Origin: Eledone cirrhosa
Taxonomy: Eukaryota
Assembly: GCA_964016885.1 (NCBI GenBank)
Contig: OZ024741.1
Location: 290,284,001-290,348,000, forward strand
Direction of reading: 5' to 3'
DNA length: 64,000 bases
Each line of letters begins with the position of its first letter. Position 1 is the first letter of the stretch. Below, one piece after another: positions 55,072-64,000 of the stretch. The position numbers were made by a program, and so were the translations under genes. A model generated the notes under the pieces. The model was not told the origin of the DNA. It worked only from the letters and a program-made list of their open reading frames with translations, and did not search any database.

Positions 55072-56760
55072 AATTTCTTTATTAGCCACAAGCGCACAAA
55101 AGAAGGGGACAAATACAAATGGGGAGTTTACATACAGGTATATGAAAATAAAACTATTAATACAATAACAGATAACAATTGAAACCCGCAATAGGGGGCA
55201 GGCGTTACACAGGGGTTGCACTTGCTGCGGACCAACCCTCTATAGAATGTCGAAGTGGAGTCTCCACTGATCGCCGGGTCCGTTTGCCAGAGAACTGTGA
55301 GTGCTTGAGCACCTTCGATGTGCCAGTGACCCATTTTCCTCGGACTTTGCTTGACCCAGGACTGCAGCTCGGTCAGCGAGACGAGTCGTGGGAAGGCTCG
55401 CCTCACGAACGGGGCCCACACAGGTTGTCTGGTGAGGAATACGTGGAGGTGGCGCAGCCTGAACGCGTGTTTGCGGATCGTCAGCCACAGCATCCCCAGC
55501 CCTCCGTTTGAGGGGTGTTGGCAGCAGATGGAACTTCTCACCAAAGGAGCCCGTTTCTTCCAAAGGAATTGGAAGAGCGCGCGCTCCATTTTGGTGAGCG
55601 TTTTGGCTAGACAAGGCACAACGGTCAAGCTGTAGTAGATGACGGACGCTATAAAATTGTTCGCCACCTCCGCTCGACCTTTCAAGGATAGTTTGCACTC
55701 GGCCCACTTCTGGGTGAGCGCTAACACCTTGGCCGTCACCTCATTCCAGTCTTCTCCACCTGGAGGTCAGGACCAAACCAGACCCCGAGCAGCTTTACCG
55801 GTCCTTCCGTCCAGCGTCCGACGACGTCATCGGAAGGCATCCGTTTGCCTCTCCACAATCCGAGTTGCAAACCAACGGATTTGTCCCGGTTCAGCTTCGC
55901 TCCTGTGAACCTTTCGTATTCCTCCAGTAAGGTGCCGATCTCCCCGATTTACGAGGTGCTCGACACCATTACTGTCACGTCGTCGGCGTAGGCCGACGCC
56001 ACTTTCCGCAGTCCCGGTTCCAGAGGGATTCCCTGCAATAGCTCCAACTTCCGCAGTAGTGGTTCGAGAGTCAGTACGTACAGAAGGGAAGAGAGAGGGC
56101 ATCCCTGTCGGATGGATCGCGTGATATGGAACGGTTCCGAAAAGTAGCCGTTCACCTTGACACTTGAGCAGATGTTGCCGTTGTGCATTGCAACAATCCA
56201 TCCCCTGGACACGGGACCGAAGCCTGACGCCTCGAGCCCCGCATCCAGGTAACGATGATCAACCCTATCGAAAGCCTTAGACAGATCCAAGTTGATCAGG
56301 GCCCCACCGAATCCGGGTTTACACCCTACCCTCTCTATGATGTATCGCATGAGGTGGAGGTTGTCGTGTATGGGCCTGGTCGGGATTGCGCATGTCTGCG
56401 CTTCTCCCACCAGGTTTTCGACGACAAGCGCCAGCCTCTTTGCCAACACCTTGGCCAAAATCTGTAACTCTATGTTTAGCAGAGTTATGGGCCGGAAGTT
56501 GCCTATGTCATCCCCCTTATTCTCGTCCTTCCTGACTAGTGTGACTACGCCCCGGTTACAGAACTGGGAATTCTCCCGTTCTGTTGCCAGTTGCAGTAGA
56601 CCGCTTCCAGGAGACCGGAGAATAAGTCCGGCATTGCTACGTAAAATTCGTAGGGTAGACCGTCGAGACCTGGAGATTTGCGTTTGCCGCATTGGCTCAG
56701 CGCGTCCCCTATCTCAGCGGCTGAAATCGGCTTTTCGCAGAACTTTGCCTCGCTGTCCGA
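55072..56760 (-). mobile_element. Tx1-like LINE copy C (5'-truncated, internally deleted, frameshifted RT)
   Basis: KSPGLDGLPYEFY, NFRPITLLN, DLSKAFDRVDH, RQGCPLS, AYADD. Joins the 3' UTR after 'GLVRSKC'. Confidence 0.9.
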
Positions 56761-56761
56761 A

Positions 56762-56791
<30 letters not shown>

Positions 56792-56792
<1 letters not shown>

Positions 56793-58638
56793 TGTTTCTT
56801 TTATTTGCCACTAGGGCATCAAAAGTGGGACAAGTACAAAGGGGGGAGTTTACACAAAAAGGCGTCCTCAATAAGGAGGAGGCAATAACAAAATATAAAA
56901 ATAAAATAAGATATAACAAAAAATAAAATTTTTAACAAAATCCTCAATAGAGAGGAGGCGCCTTGGGGGGTCGCACACACCCCCGAAAAAAGTGTGCAAC
57001 CCTTCTCCTCAGGAGCACAGAGAAGGGGTGCTCCCTTGGTCTTTCATCTTCCTCACCTATAGTCTGATGTAGAGTGAAGGCCCATTCACACGGGCCATTC
57101 TCGCCACTTTCACCCATCTTTCATAGAAACGGCTGGGGTGCAGCACCTCTCTCTCCATCCTGATCCTTCTTCCGAAATGATATCGGAAGAAACGGACCAG
57201 TTGTTGGCCAGAGAGAAAGGTGCCTGACCTCAGTCCTTTCAGACGCGTCCACCATACAACCTCTTTCGCCATGGCTATTACGCACAGAAACACCGCCTCT
57301 GCTTCATCTTTGAAGGGGGGAGGCGGCTTGATCATTACAATAGACTCGGTGGTCAACCGGATCGGTCCCACCCTTGACAGCAGTTGTTCGACATAGCCCC
57401 ACAGATCGGCTACGCCCGAGCAGTGTACCAATGCGTGTGCAACGGTTTCCTCGTCGCACACGCATCTGGGACAGATCTTTTTGGCGGGGTCCCTACCCGG
57501 GCGCCCGTGTCTGTAGAGCCTTTCTCGAACGGGTAAAGCCCCTCGGTAGCACTGCCAGGCCAGGGACTTCTGGAAGTTGTCCATAGGTCCTGGGCTGAAT
57601 GTCCTACCGAACAGGCTGGCCAGTTCGTCCTCCTCCATGTCTAGGGCTTCTCCGAGGGCGTCGTCGCACCTGCTGCGTACCAGCCCTCTATAGAATGTTG
57701 CGGTGGAGTCTCCACTGATAACCGGATCCGCCTGCCAGAGGGCGGTGAGCGCCTGGGCACACTCAGTGTGCCAGGCGCCCAGTTTTCTCGGTCTTTGCTT
57801 GACCCAGGATTGCAGCTCGGTGAGTGAGACGAGTCTGGGAAAGGTTCGTCTCACAAACGAGGCCCACACCGGTTGTCCGGTGAGGAATACGTAGAGGTGC
57901 CGTAGCCTTAATGCGTGTTTACGCATCATTAGCCACGGCATCCCCAGCCCTCCTTTCGAAGGGTGTTGACAGCAGATGGATCTCCTCACCATAGGAGCCC
58001 GCCTCTTCCAAAGGAATTGGAAGAGCGCGCGCTCCATCTTGGTGAGGGTTTCCCTTGGGCAGGGCACTACGGTCAGGCGGTAGTAGATGACGGACGCTAT
58101 GTAGGTGTTCGCCACTTCCGCCCGACCTTTCAGGGATAGTTTGCAACTGGCCCACTTCTGGGTCAGTGCAAACACCCTGTTCGTAACCTCCGCCCAGTTT
58201 TTCTCCACCTGGAGGTCCGGTCCGAACCAGACCCCGAGCAACTTCACCGGGCCCTCCGTCCAGCGTCCGACGACGCTATCGGAGGGCATCGGTCTGCCCC
58301 TCCACGTGCCGAGTTGCAAACCGATCGACTTGTCCCGGTTCAGCTTAGCCCCTGTGAACCTTTCGTACTCCTCCAGTAAGGTGCCGACCGCCTCGATTTC
58401 GGAGGCCGTCGACACCATTACTGTCACGTCATCGGCGTAGGCCGACACCGCTTTCCGCAATCCCGGTTCCAAGGGGATGCCCTGCAACAACTCCAACTTC
58501 CGCAGTAGTGGCTCGAGAGTCAACACATACAGAAGGGAGGAGAGAGGGCACCCTTGTCGGATGGACCGCGCGATTTGGAACGGCTCCGAGAGGTAGCCGT
58601 TCACCTTGACCCTAGAGCAGATGCGGCTGCTGTGCATA
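56792..58638 (-). mobile_element. Tx1-like LINE copy B (5'-truncated; remaining ORF2 uninterrupted, about 57057-58636)
   Basis: RQGCPLS..AYADD..KLLGVWF..GGLG..CPRC...ETVAHALVHC (L1/Tx1 C-terminal Cys-rich motif). Confidence 0.92.
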
Positions 58639-58900
58639 GCAGATAGATAGATAGATAGATAGATAGATTCCTTTATTAGCCACAAGGGCGCAACAAGAAT
58701 GGGGACAATACAAAGACATGCCAGGGATTTTACATACAGTCGTGTAAAAAATATAAAAACAAACAATTTCAACAATCGAAATCCCCAATAGGGGGGAGGC
58801 ACCACATATGGGTTGTTTAATACCCCGTCGATAGAACAACCCTGAACTCCAGGAGCGTGTTGTGCAAATGCACCTTTCTTCCTTTTGCTCTCTTCCTCAA

Positions 58901-61900
58901 CCTACAGGCTTATAAACAGAGAAGGCCCAATCACACGGGCCATTTTCGCTTAATTCACCCACCTTTCAGTAAATTTACTGGGGTGCAGTGCCTCTCTCTC
59001 CACCCTGATTCTTCTTCTAAAGTGATACTTAAAGAAGGGAATCAAATGTTGTCCGGAGAGAAAGGCATGTGTCCTCAGTCCTCTCAACCTCGTCCACCAT
59101 ATAACTTCTTTCACCATAGCCACCGTACAGAGGAAAACCGCCTCTCTTTCGTTTTTGAAAGAGGCTGGCGGTTTGATCCTTACTATGGACGAGGCAGTCA
59201 ACTGGGTTTGTCCCCTACGCGACAGCAGTTGTTCTGCATAGTTCCACAGGTTGGTTACGCCTGGGCAGTGTACAATTGCGTGCAGGACTGTTTCAATGTC
59301 CTGCGCGCATCTTGGACACGTCCTCTTGGAAGGATCCCTGCCGGGGCGTCCGTGCCTGTAGAACTTGTCACGAACCGGTACAGCTCCTCGGTAGCACTGC
59401 CAGGCCAGGGACTTCTGAAAGTTGTCCATAGGTCCCGGGCGGAAAGTCCTACCAAACAGACTGATGAGCTCATCGTCTTCGACGCCCAGAGTCTCTCCGA
59501 GCACGTCGTCGCCCTTGTAACGTACAATCCCTCTATAGAATGTGAAAGTGGAGTCTCCACTGATTGCTGCGCCCGCTTGCCAGAGGACTGTGAGCGCCTG
59601 AGCGCATTCAATGTGCCAGGCGCCCATCTTCTTCGGTCTTTTCTTCACCCAGGACTGCAGCTCCGTCAGCGAGACGAGCTGTGGGAAAGCCTGTCTCACA
59701 AACGGTGCCCACACCGGTTGGGGGTCGGTGAGGAATACTTGGAGATGACGCAGCCTCAGCGCATATTTGCGCATCATCAGCCATGGCATTCCCAGCCCTC
59801 CATTGGAAGGGTGCTGACAGCAGACGGATCTCCTCACCAGCAGAGCCTGCTTTTTCCACAGAAACTGGAAGGGCATGCGTTCCATCTTGGCGAGGTGTTC
59901 ACGGGGATAAGGCATGACAGTCAAGCGGTAGTAGATGACGGACGCTATGAAAGTGTTGGCCACCTCCGCTCGACCTTTCAAGGACAGTTTGCACTCTGCC
60001 CACTTCTGGGTGAGTGCAAACACCTTGGCCGTGACCTCGGTCCAGTTTTTCTCCATCTGGAGGTCTGGACCAAACCAGACCCCGAGAATTTTACCGGTCC
60101 GTCCGTCCAGCGTCCAACGACGCCGTCGGACGTCATCGGTTTGCCTCTCCACGTTCCGAGTTGCAAACCGACAGACTTGTCCGGGTTTAGTTTTGCTCCC
60201 GTCAGCGTTTCGTATTCTTTCAGTAAGTTGCCGATCACCCCGATTTCCGAGGTGCTCGACACCATTAACGTCACGTCGTCGGCATAAGCCGACGCCGCTT
60301 TGCGCAGTCCCGGTTCTAGAGGGATGCCCTGCAACAGCTCCAATTTCCGCAGTAGTGGCTCTAAAGTCAATACATACAGAATGGAGGAGAGAGGGAACCC
60401 CTGTCGAATGGAACGCGTGATTGCGAACGGCTCCGATAGGTAGCCGTTCACCTTGACCCTCGAGCAGATGCTGGTGTGCATCGCCTCGATCCATCCTCTG
60501 AACACGGGACCGAAACCGGCCGCCTTGAGAACCGCTTCCAAGTATCGATGGTCGACTCTATCGAATGCCTTAGACTGATCCAAGTTGATCAGAGCCCCAC
60601 CGAAGCCGGGTTTACTACCTACCCTCTCTATGATGTATCGCATGAGGTGGAGGTTGTCGTGTATGGACCTGGTCGGGATTGCACACGTTTGCGCTTTCCC
60701 TACCAGGTTCTCGATGACAAGCGCCAACTTCGTCGCTAGCACCTTGGCCAAAATCTTTAACTCTGTGTTGAACAGAGTTATGGGCCTGAAGTTGTTAATT
60801 TCGTCCCCCTTGTTCTCATCTTTCCTGATCAGCGTTACTACGCCCTTGCCTGCAGAACTGGGAATTCTCCCTTTCTGCTGCCAATTGCAGTAGACGGCTT
60901 CGAGGACGCCAGAGAACAAATCCGGCATGCCTATGTAAAATTCGTAGGGTAGACCATCTAGACCGGGTGACTTGCGTTTCCCGCAGCGGCCCAGAGCGTC
61001 CCGTATCTCAGTGTCCGTGATCGGTCTTTCGCAGAACTCGGCGTCCGTGTTCGAGAGACGCGGCAGGCCGTCGAGGTATGAACTAAAGTCCATTGCCCCG
61101 TTCGGCTCACCGTCGTTCTGCTCAAACAGTCGCGCAAAGTACCGCTGAAAGGCCGCACACATTTGCTTGGGGTCAAGTAGCACGCGTCCGTTTTGGTCTT
61201 TCGAAGACCGAATCGTGGACTTGTTGCCACTTTTTGCCTCCGCCACTCGGGCCCAGCTGACAGATTTCGCTCCTTCGTTTCCTAGAGCACGTGTTTTGCT
61301 TCTGACCACGCAGCCTTCGTGTTTCGCATCGAAGAACTGGTCCAGTGCCGTTCTCGACGCTAACACTCTAGCCGCGTTTCCACTTCTACGTGCCTCCTCT
61401 ACCTAGGCTACTAGTTCTCTTTCTATTCTGTTTTTCTCTAAGGCTAACTCTCTGCTATACCCTATCGATTCTATTCTAATTGCTTTCTTGAGAGAGAACC
61501 ACCATCTATTGTTGACGATGGCTCCCGTTAACTGTTGCTTGACTAGTCTACTTATCCGTTCACTGTAAGCTTTACGTGCCGGCAACGACACGTTCAGCTT
61601 CCAGTATCCGGGACCCTGTCTATGTATTCTATCACGGTTGACTACGCAGACGACTAACTTGTGATCTGAATAGGCAACCATGTGCATTCGTGGACAGCTT
61701 AACATCTCCTTGTCCCTTTCTCTAATGAAGAACCTATCTAAATACGATCTAGATATCCCACTGCGCTTTGCCCACGTCCACTGTGGTGCAGTCGGGAAAT
61801 CCAGTCGATACCTATCACCCAGTTGGAATTGGCTGATTAAAGTTTTGAGACTGTTGCACCCCGCTCTACTGGGACATGCTCCCACATAGTCCCATCGTGC

Positions 61901-62345
61901 ATCTAGGATACTATTCTAGTCCCCCACTAAAAGTAAGGAGCGAGACGTTCACAGAAAAGACTCTAGACGCTTAAAGAAGTCTGGCCGTGATTGCGATTGC
62001 TCGGTCGGAGCATAAACGGCCACCAGTCTGAAGGCTCCACCTACCATACTGTTCACGTCTAGGACTACCAGTCTACCCTCCGGGTCCAAGTGTACTTGCT
62101 GTACTCCGACGTCCAGGTTCTTCCTAAACATGACAGCCACTCCACCTCCACCTCCTGGCTGACAGAGAGATGCGTAGATCTCAAAGTCGTCGAAGATGGG
62201 GGTTAATTGCTGCCTGTTGTGGATCCTGGACTCGGTGACGGCTATCACATCCATGCTGTGTGACCTAAGGTCGTAAAAGTTGGCCCTGTTTCCAGGGCAT
62301 CCCTAGGCCACGCACATTCACGGTTCCAACTCGTAAACTAGCCAT
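58901..62345 (-). pseudogene. LINE ORF2: AP-like endonuclease + reverse transcriptase, several stops and frameshifts
   Basis: MASLRVGTVNVRGL, DVIAVTES, GGGVAVMF, VAVYAP, SYLDRFF, YSDHK, GPGYWKLN, KSPGLDGL, NFRPITL, DQSKAFDRVDH, YADD, CPRC..ETVLHAIVHC. Confidence 0.93.
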
Positions 62346-62386
62346 GTTGGTGAAGAAAAGTTGGAGAAAAAGGACGAAAGGTGCAC

Positions 62387-63901
62387 TTACCTTTTTGTTT
62401 CCTGGAGATCGGGTTGTTCAATCTCCATTTGGGTGCTGGATGGGGTGTTCGGTGGGGTGGGGAAACATTTTAACAGGACGCGGTTGATGGGTTTGTGGCA
62501 GGGGTTGCCCACGTCCTGTGAAAATTTATTTTTTAGGTCATTATAGGTTTCCATAGAAACCCTTATAAGTTTAAGGTGTGGAGACGATTCTGCCTTGACG
62601 AAAGTTTTGCCCTCCGTCTCCACCTTGGGGTTTTGGGAGATGACCTCCATCAAACTCTTATTGTTTGTGTTGATGTATGCGTATTGTTGTTTGATTTTTT
62701 GTTGTGTTGTTCGTCCGGGAGTTTTCTTTTTATGGTGGGTGCTTGTGTTTTGGGTGGTGTTGGTGCTGGTTTTGCTGATAGGGCGATGTTTAACTGTGGT
62801 GTTGTTTGTGTTGTTGTTTGTGTCTGTGGTTGTGTGTTGGTGTTGGTGATTGGAGTTTTGGGGATTTTGTGGTGTCTCTTTTTTTGTTTTTTAGATTTCC
62901 GCGGTTCTCCCGCTTCATCACTTAAAGAAGGAGAAGCAGCTTCATCCGTCGATGAATAATCATCGTCAGGTGTGTGGGGTAAGGGTATGTTGTGTGGTGG
63001 TGGTGTTTCGGTGTGTGTGTTTGTGGTAGTGTTTGATGGAGTGGGATGGAGTGGGGCTGTGTTCTTTAGGGGTGTTGTCTCTGTTTTTTCTGTTGTTGTT
63101 GGTTGAGTGTCTGTTTGTTTTGGTGTGGTTGCTCGTTTCGTCTGTCGTTGTACTTGTGGTGGTGGTTGTTTTGGTGTTGGTGTTGGTAATAGCGTTTTTT
63201 GTTGTTGTTGTGTGTTTGTGGACAAGAGGCTTTTAGGTGTTCTGTGCTACCACAGCGAAAGCAGTGAAATTTTCGTCCTTCTACCGAAATATTTATTTTG
63301 TTGTTATTATCGATAACGACTCTTTCGTGTATTTTGGAGATTCTCTTCGGTTTCATTTGCAACAGAATCTCCAAATCTGTTCCCGCCCACCTTTGTCGAA
63401 TAGATTTTCGTATCGAAAGTATCATATCAGCTCTACGAAGCCAGCCAAGATCCACCAGATGTTAATGTTTGGAGGTATGTTTTTTATTTTTATTTGTTGT
63501 GTCCTTTTTCCCATGTATGTAGGGAAAAAGGTGTATGCTTTTGACACCATTGGTGTCACAGAGTTTTTTGGGGCGAGCGCCTCGCTTTTAAACAGTACGG
63601 AAACACTTCCGTACTGTTTTCCTCGCTGGAGAAAATCGACATTTGCTAGAATTTCCTTGAAAGTATCTTCTATATCTGCTTGGTTAACAAATGTCGGCTT
63701 TCTTGTGGAATTTGACACAGTCCTAAAAGTGACTGATCTGCGGATTGTGTCTTCCTTTATTTCAAGGGGTGAGTTAATTCTAAACCCACCTCTTTCTTCG
63801 AAAGTTACAAATTTTCTCCCTTGCTGGAGCATATCTCTTGCGTTGGAGATATCAAGATTTATAAAATCTTGTTTTTTGTTCACTGTTTCAGCGAAAGACA
63901 T
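62387..63901 (-). pseudogene. LINE ORF1 (RRM-like region + CCHC zinc knuckle + T/P-rich tail), frameshifted
   Basis: Fragments 63901-63422, 63455-63066, 63225-62650 and 62653-62387. CFRCGSTEHLKASC fits CX2CX4HX4C. Lies directly upstream of ORF2. Confidence 0.8.
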
Positions 63902-64000
63902 TTTCTTTTTTTGTGTGGTGTTGCTGTTGTTGTTGTTGTTATCGTTGTTGGAAATCTCAGTTCCTTGTAGAGGTGAAACATTATGTGTATATGTATCTGT

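Larger units (their letters stand above)
58667..63975 (-). mobile_element. Full-length Tx1-like (L1-clade) LINE copy A, inactivated
   Basis: ORF1 + ORF2 (APE-RT-Cys motif) + 3' UTR ending AATAAA then (CTAT)n. Confidence 0.92.

Noticed and set aside
58857-60287. 476-aa plus-strand ORF
   Set aside because: Antisense shadow of LINE ORF2 with no recognisable domain

Overview
This is AT-rich, microsatellite-saturated animal genomic DNA that reads as intergenic or intronic. The dominant tRNA-headed SINE and the repeat landscape suggest an octopus or other cephalopod (inference). No host protein-coding gene can be supported, and nearly all ORF-track entries are simple-repeat artefacts. All recognisable coding sequence belongs to retroelements: (i) a near full-length Naiad-type Penelope-like element (PLE; RT + GIY-YIG, 6970-9175) in a (TA)n tract, plus two other PLE coding fragments; (ii) four stacked Tx1/L1-clade LINE copies, one full-length, each abutting (GATA)n (54.6-64 kb); (iii) two R4/Dong-like restriction-like-endonuclease (RLE) 3' ends in (TACA)n; (iv) RTE- and CRE-like fragments. 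Helitron-like ends, a hAT MITE, about 14 SINEs and several minisatellites are also present. The most striking unannotated signal is about a dozen minimal type-I hammerhead ribozyme (HHR) motifs, intact or degenerate. Many sit in asymmetric fold-back palindromes flanked by (TA)n, and several fold points lie in or next to the ribozyme core. Three retroelement classes appear to use three different microsatellites. Everything was read by eye, so coordinates are approximate and no database searches were run.
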